The position numbers and the translations under genes were made by a program. From an uncultured Nitrospiraceae bacterium (GTDB taxonomy: Bacteria; Nitrospirota; Nitrospiria; Nitrospirales; Nitrospiraceae), in NCBI GenBank assembly GCA_963846575.1, contig CAWJWJ010000002.1, positions 1,536,001 to 1,600,000 on the forward strand: DNA of 64,000 nucleotides. The letters run 5' to 3'. The notes beneath the pieces were generated by a model that was not told where the DNA came from, ran no database searches, and worked only from the letters and a program-made list of their open reading frames with translations. Of the stretch, positions 18,759 to 28,340 are shown piece after piece (the first letter of the stretch is position 1; every line of letters begins with the position of its first letter).

Positions 18759-20087
18759 ATGAATCTGACCTTCGACGACAGTCGTCATCTTCAAGCGCGC
18801 ATTGGGTTCGGGGGCATCCCGGATGAGATTCGGCAAGTCATGCGGCTGGATCGTAGTGCGGCAGTCGCGCAGGCTCTGGCCATTCCTACGGCCGGAGCCC
18901 AGACTCCTCCTCCACAATGGGTGGACCGGCTTCCCCCTCCGCCGCATCAGCGGAAACATTGGAGTGAGACCGAACGGAAGGCCTTCCGGGAGGCACGCAG
19001 GGCAGAAGGTCTGGAACTGAAGAGCTGGTGGTATCGGGAACTGCTGACGACGCGCAGTCCGCTGTTGGAACGCATGACCCTCTTCTGGCACAACCACTTC
19101 ACCTCCAGCCTCCACAAGGTCAAATGGCCTCCGTTTTTATATCAACAGAACGTGCTCTTCCGCCTGCACGCGCTGGGTTCGTTTCGAACACTGCTGCATG
19201 CCGTGGCGAAAAATTCCGCGATGGTGCTGTATCTCGATACCCAGACGAATCACCGGGATCATCCGAATGAAAACTTTGCCCGTGAGTTGTTCGAGCTGTT
19301 TACCCTGGGGGAAGGGCACTATACCGAACAGGATATCAAGGAGGCGGCGCGAGCATTTACCGGATGGCACCTTGATGTTCGCACCGGAGCGTTTCGAGTG
19401 GATCGGCGTTGGCACGACGGCGGCCGGAAGGAGGTCCTCGGGAAATCCGGCTACTTTGACGGAGACGATGTCCTGTCGCTGACGCTCGAACAGCCTCAGG
19501 TGGCTCGTTATCTGGTTCGTAAACTGTGGCGGGAATTTATCTCCGAAGCCCCTGATTCCGTGGAAGTCGATCGCCTGGCCGGCTCATTCAGACGGAGCGA
19601 TTATAATGTGGCTGCCCTGCTAAACGAGCTGTTTCTGACGCCTCAGTTTTGGGCCATCGAGAACCGAGGCTGTCTGATCAAGTCCCCAGTGGACCTTCTG
19701 GTCGGAACGGCGCGGCTCTTCGACCTGCCGATGGACGAACCCCTCCAACTTGTCCGGTACGGACGCCGGCTTGGACAGGATCTGTTCGATCCGCCCAACG
19801 TGAAGGGATGGGCTGGCGGCACGCGATGGATTACGACATCGAGTCTTCTGGATCGGACGCAGATGCTGACTCGTGCGATTCGCGGTCATGAAACGGGGCA
19901 TGGTAGGGGAGAGAAGATGGGAACGATGGTCTCGACGCATGGCGCATCTTGGCTCGCGCAAGAACCGATCGAAGTGGTGCAAGCGACTCTTCTTCCCCTG
20001 ACTCCCATTCATCCCCCCGCCGCAGGCGATGACCGGAGTCAGGCCGTTCGCCAATGGGTTGTTGACCCGGTCTATCAACTCAGGTAA
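18759..20087 (+). CDS. DUF1800 domain-containing protein
   Basis: ERMTLFWHNHF, AM..YLD, PNENFARELFELFTLG.G.YTE.D, F.PPNVKGW, P.YQL. Confidence 0.93.
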   Translation: MNLTFDDSRHLQARIGFGGIPDEIRQVMRLDRSAAVAQALAIPTAGAQTPPPQWVDRLPPPPHQRKHWSETERKAFREARRAEGLELKSWWYRELLTTRSPLLERMTLFWHNHFTSSLHKVKWPPFLYQQNVLFRLHALGSFRTLLHAVAKNSAMVLYLDTQTNHRDHPNENFARELFELFTLGEGHYTEQDIKEAARAFTGWHLDVRTGAFRVDRRWHDGGRKEVLGKSGYFDGDDVLSLTLEQPQVARYLVRKLWREFISEAPDSVEVDRLAGSFRRSDYNVAALLNELFLTPQFWAIENRGCLIKSPVDLLVGTARLFDLPMDEPLQLVRYGRRLGQDLFDPPNVKGWAGGTRWITTSSLLDRTQMLTRAIRGHETGHGRGEKMGTMVSTHGASWLAQEPIEVVQATLLPLTPIHPPAAGDDRSQAVRQWVVDPVYQLR

Positions 20088-20094
20088 GGCGACC

Positions 20095-21303
20095 ATGATC
20101 TTGAGGAACCTCCAACGCCGGGAACTCATAAAAGCCGCAGCGGCGCTGCCGTTGATAGTGATGCGCCCGTTCTGGATGGACAGGTTATGCGCCGCCTCAC
20201 CGGATGAGCCGGTGGGTGGGCGGGACCGGGACCGACTGCTCGTGCTGGTCGAGCTGCATGGCGGCAATGACGGACTCAATACGGTGGTGCCCTATGAGGA
20301 CGCCGCGTACTACCGCGCGCGGCCGCAACTGGCCATCGCCCGCGATCAGGTCAGGCACCTCACCCCGAAGTGCGGATTTCATCCGGCGCTGACCCCCTTG
20401 CTGTCCTTATGGGAGGGACGGGAGCTGGCGGTCGTGACCGGTGTCGGGTATCCCAAGCCCAATCGTTCCCACTTCCGTTCCATCGAAATATGGGAAACCG
20501 GATCGGACAGCGAGCAGATGATCGACGAAGGCTGGTTGTCGAGAGTCTGTGAGCGATTTCCTCTTCCGCCCTCATTCATCGCGGAAGGCATTCTGTTGGG
20601 CAAGGGAGACGCAGGTCCTCTGAGCGGAGGACCGACGCGCACGATCACCCTGCATGACCCCGAGCAGTTCCTGCATCGGGCAGGAACATTACCAACCGGC
20701 TCGATTCCGACCACGAATCGTTCGTTGGCCCATATCATGACTGTGCAGCGTGAGATTTCCCGGGCTGCGACGGATCTCCAGGGGCGTATCCGGCAGACGC
20801 CGCCCCTCACGGTTGACTTTCCGCCGAGCAGGATCGGTAAACAACTCGACGTGGCGGCCAGGTTGATTGCCTCAAAAGTTCCGATCTCCGTCATCAAGGT
20901 CACCCACGGCAGTTTCGATACCCATGCCGGGCAGTCGCCCGCTCATCATCGGCTGTTGGACGAGCTTGCACAGGGACTTATGGCCTTTCGCGGAGCGTTG
21001 CAGCAGCTGGGCAGGTGGAACGAAGTACTGGTGATGACCTATTCCGAGTTCGGGCGCCGGGTGCAGGAGAATGCCAGCCATGGAACTGATCATGGTACGG
21101 CTGCCCCCCATCTCATCCTGGGCGGGCGAGTGAAAGGCGGGCTCTATGGTACCCCGCCGGCACTCGGGGATCTGCAGGACGGAGATTTGAAACATACGAT
21201 TGACTACCGGAGCCTCTATGCGACCGTGATCGAGAAATGGTGGGGACTGCCTCCCGTGACCTTCGGTCGGGAACGGCATCCGGCTATCGAATACCTTTCC
21301 TGA
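20095..21303 (+). CDS. DUF1501 domain-containing protein (Tat-like signal)
   Basis: RRELIK; LHGGNDGLNTVVP, NRSHFRS..IW, FDTH, SEFGRR..EN.S.GTDHG, DYRS.Y. Confidence 0.93.
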   Translation: MILRNLQRRELIKAAAALPLIVMRPFWMDRLCAASPDEPVGGRDRDRLLVLVELHGGNDGLNTVVPYEDAAYYRARPQLAIARDQVRHLTPKCGFHPALTPLLSLWEGRELAVVTGVGYPKPNRSHFRSIEIWETGSDSEQMIDEGWLSRVCERFPLPPSFIAEGILLGKGDAGPLSGGPTRTITLHDPEQFLHRAGTLPTGSIPTTNRSLAHIMTVQREISRAATDLQGRIRQTPPLTVDFPPSRIGKQLDVAARLIASKVPISVIKVTHGSFDTHAGQSPAHHRLLDELAQGLMAFRGALQQLGRWNEVLVMTYSEFGRRVQENASHGTDHGTAAPHLILGGRVKGGLYGTPPALGDLQDGDLKHTIDYRSLYATVIEKWWGLPPVTFGRERHPAIEYLS

Positions 21304-21412
21304 CGGCCGCGGCCCGGCGCGCCCCGGGGCAGGCTTTCCCGACGTCGCAATCGGGGTTGATTTGGCGAGGCATTCTTCCTATCCTACGGGCCGTCGAAAG
21401 GAAGGTGATCTG

Positions 21413-21778
21413 ATGAGGAAGCGTCTCTTACCGGCAATGATCGAACAGGGAACTCTGGTGCTCATATTTTTGCTGGTTGGGTTCAGCGCGGCGGTGGCGG
21501 CGGAAACGACCGGCATGGGGCGTGACTCGCCACAGACCACCATAACGGCCGACCGACCGGACGCATTACAGCAGACCAAGGCTCCCGTCCTGCCTTCTTT
21601 ACCGTTGTTGATGGCTGAAGGATCTAATTCCTGCGAGATCGTCTCGTGCGGGATGGGAATCAAGCAGACCTGTCAGATCACATGCCCAACCGGAAAAACA
21701 CCCAAATGTAGTTGCGACTGCGAGAGAAGTTTCGGCCCGATGTGTATGGACTACAAGGCCAATTGCCGCTGCGAATAG
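21413..21778 (+). CDS. Secreted protein with C-terminal 10-cysteine mini-domain
   Basis: Signal peptide ...AAVAA; 10 Cys in last 48 aa; upstream TTGATT-N17-TATCCT at 21357-21385. Confidence 0.7.
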   Translation: MRKRLLPAMIEQGTLVLIFLLVGFSAAVAAETTGMGRDSPQTTITADRPDALQQTKAPVLPSLPLLMAEGSNSCEIVSCGMGIKQTCQITCPTGKTPKCSCDCERSFGPMCMDYKANCRCE

Positions 21779-21793
21779 AGGCCTGATCTCCGG

Positions 21794-21994
21794 TCAGTCA
21801 CTCTCCGGGGACGAAGATTCCGATCCACCCACCGTCAGGCTGGGTCCTGCTACGCGGTACTTCTCGCCGGCCCATGCCCCCAGGTCGAGGATCTGGCATC
21901 GCTCGGAACAAAAGGGACGCCAGGGATTGTCCTGCCATGTCGCGGGACGGCGGCACTGAGGACAGCGGGTGGTGGTTGGCTTCGAAGAGGACAA
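21794..21994 (-). CDS. yacG: DNA gyrase inhibitor YacG
   Basis: CPQC...[16 protein letters not shown]. Confidence 0.92.
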   Translation of the reverse strand: MSSSKPTTTRCPQCRRPATWQDNPWRPFCSERCQILDLGAWAGEKYRVAGPSLTVGGSESSSPESD

Positions 21995-22026
21995 GGTGTT
22001 TACCGTCTGTCGTTAAGCGGTGCGAA

Positions 22027-22701
22027 TCACTCTATCACTCTCCTGCCGAACGCCGCAAATAACTCACCCGTCAGATAGGGCGTGTGTTGCCCGTCCCTCG
22101 AGTGTTTCCGCCGAAGGTAATCGTTGAGAAGGCGACCGTCGTCGGTCCGATGAACGTGCGGCTGCGCCAGGTTCATGCGATAACGTTCGATCGCGCTTGC
22201 CACACGACTGATAAACACCACCGTGCCGTCGTGCTCCACCGCTTCGACCACGCCCACGTGGGTCAAGGGATCATTGATGCGGCCGTCCCCATTGACGTCC
22301 CACGTATTGTCGAAGAACACCAGGTCACCGGGTTGAACGACTGGACCGCGGTGGATCCGTCCATGCGTGCGTATGTGATTGTAGATGAGTCGCACGCCAT
22401 TCGTCGCGCTGTCCCCTGCGCCGTCGGTGTAGAGATCGACCCCGTGGGCAAGATAGATGGCCCGCGTCACGCCGGCGCAATCATAGACAACGCGGCGCCC
22501 CTGACTTTCTATCGTCTTCGCGCCCACGAGGTTGACTGCCGTGCGAACGATCGCCTGGTGAGGCCTGTCTGCCTCCGTGGCACGGCAGCAATCAGGGATG
22601 GGGGTGACCGTCGAGCGAAGGCCTTGGGAGGCAGGCGCAGCGCAGGCGGTGAGCGTCGCGCTGAGGATCAGGCTGTGCAGCAGGCGGAACAGGGTCGGCA
22701 T
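22027..22701 (-). CDS. NlpC/P60-family lipoprotein (peptidoglycan endopeptidase-like)
   Basis: Lipobox LTAC; YDCAG, PGDLVFFD, THVG. Confidence 0.82.
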   Translation of the reverse strand: MPTLFRLLHSLILSATLTACAAPASQGLRSTVTPIPDCCRATEADRPHQAIVRTAVNLVGAKTIESQGRRVVYDCAGVTRAIYLAHGVDLYTDGAGDSATNGVRLIYNHIRTHGRIHRGPVVQPGDLVFFDNTWDVNGDGRINDPLTHVGVVEAVEHDGTVVFISRVASAIERYRMNLAQPHVHRTDDGRLLNDYLRRKHSRDGQHTPYLTGELFAAFGRRVIE

Positions 22702-22759
22702 ACTGAATGAAGTATACCTGGTCCTTACCATCATGGGGGCGCGGTGGGCTCCGGCCTGA

Positions 22760-24412
22760 TCAGGCCCCGGCCCTGGCAAAGACCTGCTTGATCAAGGACT
22801 GTGCGTCGTCCTGAATCAGCCGGAGGTGGGCCGGGCCGTGGAAACTTTCCGCATACAGCTTATAGACGTCTTCGGTACCGCTGGGGCGCGCGGCGAACCA
22901 CCCGTTTGCCGTCGTCACTTTGAGCCCTCCGATCGAGGCCTGGTTTCCCGGCGCTTCCGTCAACATGGCTGTAATCGGTTCTCCGGCCAGTTCCCGGCTC
23001 GTCACCTGTTCCGGGGAGAATTTTTGCAGGGCCGCCTTCTGTGCCCGCGTGGCGGGCGCATCGATCCGTTCGTACACCGGTTCACCCAAGCGAGCAGTCA
23101 GCTCAGCATAGAGCTGCGCGGGATTTTTGCCAGTGACGGCCAACATTTCCGCTGCCAGGAGATCCATGATGATCCCGTCCTTGTCGGTGACCCAGGTGGT
23201 GCCGTCGTGACGGAGATAGGCCGCGCCCGCACTTTCCTCGCCGCCGAATCCGAGGGAACCGTCGCGGAGTCCCGGGACAAACCATTTGAACCCCACCGGT
23301 ACTTCAACGAGCCGTCGTTGGAGGTCCTTCGCCACCCGATCGATCATGCTGCTGCTGACGATTGTTTTGCCGACTCCGGCGGACGTCTTCCAGCCTGGGC
23401 GGTGGGTAAAGAGGTAGGCGATTGCGGCAGCGAGATAGTGGTTGGGATTCATCAAGCCGGCGCCGGGCGTCACGATGCCGTGACGGTCGGTATCAGTGTC
23501 GTTGCCGAAGGCGAGATCAAAGCGGTCCTTTAATCCTATCAAGGAGGCCATGGCGTAGGGCGAAGAGCAGTCCATGCGGATTTTGCCGTCCCAATCCCGC
23601 GTCATGAATCCGAAGGTTGAATCGACTTGGTCGTTGACGACCTGGATGTCCAAACCATACCGCTCAGCCAGCGGCCGCCAGTAGGCCACCGCTGCCCCTC
23701 CCAGCGGGTCAACCGCGAGGCGGAGTTTGGCCGCCTTGATGCGATCGAGATCGACGACATGCACGAGGTCCGTCAGGTAATTTCCCACGAAATCATGTCT
23801 GGCCGTGGAGGAGGCCCGCAGCGCCTGTTCGTAGGGCACACGTTTCACCCCTTGTAGTTTGGCGACCAGCAGTTCATTGGCGCGGCTCTCAATGGCCTTG
23901 GTCACCTCGGTATCGGCCGGCCCGCCGTGCGGCGGATTGTATTTGATCCCGCCGTCTTCTGGAGGATTATGCGAAGGCGTAATGATGATGCCGTCCGCCC
24001 AGCCGGACGTCCGGGACTGATTAAAGGTGAGAATCGCGTGAGACATCACGGGCGTGGGGGTATAGCCGCCATCACGATCCATGCGGAGCTGCACCTGATT
24101 TGCGGCCAGTACTTCCACGACCGTGCGTTGCGCCGGTGCTGAAAGCGCATGGGTGTCCATGCCGACGTAGAGGGGGCCGGTCGTGCCGGCCGCCTGCCGG
24201 TACTCACAGATCGCCTGTGTAATGGCAAGGATATGCGCCTCGTTGAACGTATGCCGGAAAGCGGAACCGCGGTGCCCGCTGGTGCCGAAACTGACCCGCT
24301 GCTGAGGATCGGAGGGATCCGGCCCGTCCGTATAATAGGCCCGTTCAAGTTTCGCAAGATCAACCAACTGCTCCGGCTGCGCCGGTTGTCCGGCATGTGG
24401 ATGGAGAGGCAT
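22760..24412 (-). CDS. pgm: Phosphoglucomutase (alpha-D-glucose-1,6-bisphosphate-dependent)
   Basis: [36 protein letters not shown]. Confidence 0.97.
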   Translation of the reverse strand: MPLHPHAGQPAQPEQLVDLAKLERAYYTDGPDPSDPQQRVSFGTSGHRGSAFRHTFNEAHILAITQAICEYRQAAGTTGPLYVGMDTHALSAPAQRTVVEVLAANQVQLRMDRDGGYTPTPVMSHAILTFNQSRTSGWADGIIITPSHNPPEDGGIKYNPPHGGPADTEVTKAIESRANELLVAKLQGVKRVPYEQALRASSTARHDFVGNYLTDLVHVVDLDRIKAAKLRLAVDPLGGAAVAYWRPLAERYGLDIQVVNDQVDSTFGFMTRDWDGKIRMDCSSPYAMASLIGLKDRFDLAFGNDTDTDRHGIVTPGAGLMNPNHYLAAAIAYLFTHRPGWKTSAGVGKTIVSSSMIDRVAKDLQRRLVEVPVGFKWFVPGLRDGSLGFGGEESAGAAYLRHDGTTWVTDKDGIIMDLLAAEMLAVTGKNPAQLYAELTARLGEPVYERIDAPATRAQKAALQKFSPEQVTSRELAGEPITAMLTEAPGNQASIGGLKVTTANGWFAARPSGTEDVYKLYAESFHGPAHLRLIQDDAQSLIKQVFARAGA

Positions 24413-24572
24413 AGGCTCCTCGATCAGGAATTATAAGTCGTGGTTCAGTCGTTCCAGCCCCACAGGGGCGCTCAGTATATACAGGTCGATGCGTAATGTC
24501 AGGCGGGCATTTGCTTGCGCGCTCCTCCGCGCGGGTGTTAAGATCCGGCCACGTTAAGGAGAGGGGTTGACC

Positions 24573-24839
24573 ATGCCAAACGTGACCTTGCTGCACTCAC
24601 CCACTTGCGGAGCCTGTCCCTCGGCCAAACGGCTATGGAAGGAACTGAGGGTGAAGTATAGCTTTAGCTATCGAGAAATCGACATCACCACGACGGATGG
24701 CCAGGAATTGGCTAATCGCCATGCGGTTCGAGCGGTGCCCGCGACTATTATCGACGGACGGTTGACCTTCGTGGGTGTTCCACCGCGTCAAAGCGCCGAG
24801 AAGGCGTTGCAGCTGAAAATGAAACCGCAGGGCGCATAA
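24573..24839 (+). CDS. Small thioredoxin/glutaredoxin-like protein
   Basis: SPTCGACP CxxC, VRAVP cis-Pro, F.G.P. Confidence 0.85.
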   Translation: MPNVTLLHSPTCGACPSAKRLWKELRVKYSFSYREIDITTTDGQELANRHAVRAVPATIIDGRLTFVGVPPRQSAEKALQLKMKPQGA

Positions 24840-24851
24840 GATCGGAGAGTT

Positions 24852-25016
24852 ATGACGGCTCCAGACGAAGATGACTTTGAACTGCCGGAACTTTTGTTCC
24901 TCGATAAGGGCCCGCCGCCTGAATGCGGAACGTGCGGGGAGGCGATGAAGTTCATCGATGGGGATTGGTCCTGCATCGATTGCAATGGTGAACTACTGGG
25001 GCCCGAGACAGGGTAG
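24852..25016 (+). CDS. Small acidic zinc-ribbon protein, 54 aa (MTAPDEDDFELPELLFLDKGPPPECGTCGEAMKFIDGDWSCIDCNGELLGPETG)
   Basis: Read directly; GGAG RBS; CxxC...CxxC; below ORF-track cutoff. Confidence 0.7.
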   Translation: MTAPDEDDFELPELLFLDKGPPPECGTCGEAMKFIDGDWSCIDCNGELLGPETG

Positions 25017-25106
25017 TCATTGACCGATCACGTCATGACTGTGCCCCGAGGAATGATGTCTATCGATGAGTGCGTAACGGCTTTGATTTCCGTTCGTGCA
25101 ATGTAG

Positions 25107-28100
25107 ATGCTTCGTCTTGTCACCGGACCGTTTCATCCCACCCTCGAATCCGCACTGGTTCAAGACCTCCGATCGCTGAAAGCGCAAGACCCGTTCGCCG
25201 CCGTGGCACTCGTGGTGCCATCCGATCAACTGCGCGGTGCGCTCAAACGACTTCTGGCCGTGACGCATAACCTGTCGCTGCTTAACCTGCACGTGTTTTC
25301 ATTCCATCAACTCGCGCTGCACCTTGACCGTGAGCGGCTCTTGCACGGACCAGCTTCTGATCGGGACCGGCCTGTGGCATTGGTGACCGATATCTTTTTC
25401 GAGCATCTGCTGCAGCACCTTGGCCGGCGCCACGTCCCACAGACGGAGGCGCTCCGCTTATCACATCTCCCCCCCGGGGCCTGGGCCGCGTTGTGGGCGA
25501 GCTTACGTGACTTGAAAGATGCGACGGTAGATTCCGCGGTTGCTTTGCGCGCGGTGGATGAGGAGCAGTTTGCGGGTGCAGATCGGGAAAAGCTCAAGGG
25601 ATTATTTACCTTGCATGCTGCTGTCCGGGAGAGTCGAGTCGCCCTTGGAGTAGGATCGCCCGATGACCTGGCCGCCTCCGTCGCGGACTTCGTTCCGGCC
25701 TCGCCATTTCTTCGCGACCTGACCCGTCTCTACTATTACGGTTCCTATGACCTCACGCAAACCCAATTGACCCTTCTCGAGGCGCTGAGTGCTGTCGTCC
25801 CGGTGACGGTCTACTTTCCGCTCGAGGACAAGCCGGGCTACGCCTTCGCGCGCCAATTTCTGGAACGCTACCTCTATCCGCTGGCGGGAGGACCAGGAGC
25901 CGCTGGCGCCCCGGCGCCGGACGAGGTCGTGGCCGCGCCGGGAGCCAAAGTGGAAGTATCGGTCGAGGTTCGTAATGCCGCCGGGATCGAGGACGAGTTG
26001 GCGTTGGTCTGCAAACAGATACTTTCACTCGTCGAGACAAATCATTACCACTTCGATGAGATCGGAGTGGTGGGGCGAACACTCGCACCCTATCAAACGG
26101 CCCTCAGGCGAACGTTTGAGCAACACCGGATTCCGTTCAGTTCGAGCGCGACGCTCCCGCTGTTGCAGGAGCCGTCGGTGAAGGTCCTGCTGCATCTGGC
26201 GCAATTAAAGGCACGGGACTTTGACCGGGCCGCCATGATGGACGTCATCACCTCGCCCTGGAACCGCTGGCTCCTGCAACAGGCCGAATCCATTGAGCCG
26301 CGCCCGGATCTCTGGCGCATAGCGGTGCTGGCGTTGGGCATCAGTCGCGGCGAGGCGGAGTGGCGGCGATTGGCCACCCTGAGCCGTCTGGATACATGGA
26401 CCACCGATGAGGACGAGCCCTTTCAGGAACAGATCGGGTCGCTCGTCATAGAGGGCGCGCAGCTGCGCATGCTCTGGACCTCTATCTCGCAGCTGATTGC
26501 AGCGGTGAAGAGCCTCCCTGAACGGGGGGAATACGGGACGCTCACGGATGCATTCGTCTCGATGGCCGAAGCGCTGCTGACCGTGCCCCTGACAGATTCC
26601 GGAGACTCGGATCAGGCCCTGTCCGAGGAGGCCGCAGGTCAGGTGGGGGAGGCGCTCGCACAGGTTTTGACGCAACTGCGTGAGTTGGATCGCCTTGCAG
26701 TCGAAATCACGTGGCAGGAATGGACCGAGACCTTCCTCCAGGTCCTCGAACGCACGACCTGTTCCGTGGTCTCCGGATCTCATGCCGGCGTTCAGGTGCT
26801 GGATGCGATGGGTGCGCGGGGGGTGGGATTCCGTGCGCTGTTCATGATCGGGTTGAACGAGAAACTGTTTCCCCGCTTTATTCACGAGGATGGATTTCTC
26901 CGTGATCGGCATCGGCTGATTCTCAGCGAAACCCTGGGTTATAAAATCGATCAAAAACTCCAAGGATATGCGGAGGAATCGCTGCTCTTCGAATTGCTGC
27001 GGTCGTCCGCGTCAGAGCGGTTGTATGTATCCTATCAGCGGGCGGATGCCGCCGGACGGCCCCTGGCTCCCTCGAGTTATTTGGAGATGGTGGGAGGCAT
27101 GCCCTCTCCGGCCAGACCGGAGGCGGTTTTTGCTGTGCCGCGTCGATGGCCGGACCGGCATGGCCTGGCGTTGTTCGCGCCGCCGCTGCTGACTCGTGAG
27201 GAACTCACGGTGAGCAGGGTGCTGGAGGGACGGGATGTGACCCCGTTGCTGGGAATGGCCGGACGCGATGGGCGCCTCTTTTCCCACGGACTGGAAGCTC
27301 AGCAGTCAATTGAAAGCGATCAGCCGCTATTGGGCGCGTACGACGGCATGCTGAAAGGTCCCACCGCTCACTGGTCCGCCGTGAGCCGGCAGGGATTTTC
27401 GCCGACGGCGCTCGAATCCTATGCCCGGTGTCCCTTCCAATATTTTGCCGGACAGGTTCTGAGGTTGAAACAGATTCGCCAGCGTCCTTCCATGCAACTC
27501 ACACCGCCGGCGATGGGGCAGCTCTGCCATGATGCCCTCCGCCTGTGTTACCTGGCCTTGATCCAGCAGGGCTGGCCCGCGCTCCCACTGTCCGGAGATT
27601 CCGTCGCCCTGGAGGTGAACCGGTCGGTGGCGCACGTCTCCGCCGGCTATGCCGCGACGCATGGAACCGGCTATGCGCTGACCTGGCAACTGGCGCAAGA
27701 ACAGGTCCGGCGCCTGGTGGCGCTTGCATTGGCATCCGATCGGGAGGAGACGATGTCCTCAGGCTTTGTTCCACTGGAGTTCGAGATCGATGCCACGGGC
27801 ACGTTACCCCCTTGCCCTGACCGCGAGCCTGTGGCGATTCGGGGACGCTGGGACCGGGTCGATCGTCATCCGGCGTCGGGATCCCTACGTGTGATCGATT
27901 ACAAATACCGCGGCACTGGCCAGGTGGATGCGAAGGATCGGAATCTGCTTCAGGCCGGCTTGCGGGGTGCACGGCTGCAACCGGCTCTCTACGCTTTAAT
28001 GACGGCGACCTCACCAGCCGGCGAGCAGCTTGGGCCGATTCCTGAGCAGGTCGATTTTCTCTACCTGCTGTCGCAGCGACACCCGGGAATCGAACGCGCC

Positions 28101-28340
28101 TCCTTCTCCGGCGCGGCCTGGCAAGGCCCCTCGGGAGCGATGTTGACCAACACTATTCGGTTGCTGGTCGAAGGGGTGCGCGCCGGCCAGCATGAGATTG
28201 TCCCGGATGCCTACTGCGTCCATTGCGAGTTTTCGACCGCCTGCCGTCGCACACATCAGCCAACCTGGTGGCGTGCCTATCGTTCCTCGCAGGCGCGCCT
28301 GTTACGAAGTCTGCGATCACTGAAGGTGGCACGTGACTGA
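25107..28340 (+). CDS. addB: AddB-like helicase-nuclease subunit (inactive helicase-like N-terminus, PD-(D/E)xK nuclease with Fe-S staple)
   Basis: SPTALE.YARCPFQYF, G.WDRVD, VIDYK, Q.ALY, C..C.....C. Confidence 0.88.
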   Translation: MLRLVTGPFHPTLESALVQDLRSLKAQDPFAAVALVVPSDQLRGALKRLLAVTHNLSLLNLHVFSFHQLALHLDRERLLHGPASDRDRPVALVTDIFFEHLLQHLGRRHVPQTEALRLSHLPPGAWAALWASLRDLKDATVDSAVALRAVDEEQFAGADREKLKGLFTLHAAVRESRVALGVGSPDDLAASVADFVPASPFLRDLTRLYYYGSYDLTQTQLTLLEALSAVVPVTVYFPLEDKPGYAFARQFLERYLYPLAGGPGAAGAPAPDEVVAAPGAKVEVSVEVRNAAGIEDELALVCKQILSLVETNHYHFDEIGVVGRTLAPYQTALRRTFEQHRIPFSSSATLPLLQEPSVKVLLHLAQLKARDFDRAAMMDVITSPWNRWLLQQAESIEPRPDLWRIAVLALGISRGEAEWRRLATLSRLDTWTTDEDEPFQEQIGSLVIEGAQLRMLWTSISQLIAAVKSLPERGEYGTLTDAFVSMAEALLTVPLTDSGDSDQALSEEAAGQVGEALAQVLTQLRELDRLAVEITWQEWTETFLQVLERTTCSVVSGSHAGVQVLDAMGARGVGFRALFMIGLNEKLFPRFIHEDGFLRDRHRLILSETLGYKIDQKLQGYAEESLLFELLRSSASERLYVSYQRADAAGRPLAPSSYLEMVGGMPSPARPEAVFAVPRRWPDRHGLALFAPPLLTREELTVSRVLEGRDVTPLLGMAGRDGRLFSHGLEAQQSIESDQPLLGAYDGMLKGPTAHWSAVSRQGFSPTALESYARCPFQYFAGQVLRLKQIRQRPSMQLTPPAMGQLCHDALRLCYLALIQQGWPALPLSGDSVALEVNRSVAHVSAGYAATHGTGYALTWQLAQEQVRRLVALALASDREETMSSGFVPLEFEIDATGTLPPCPDREPVAIRGRWDRVDRHPASGSLRVIDYKYRGTGQVDAKDRNLLQAGLRGARLQPALYALMTATSPAGEQLGPIPEQVDFLYLLSQRHPGIERASFSGAAWQGPSGAMLTNTIRLLVEGVRAGQHEIVPDAYCVHCEFSTACRRTHQPTWWRAYRSSQARLLRSLRSLKVARD

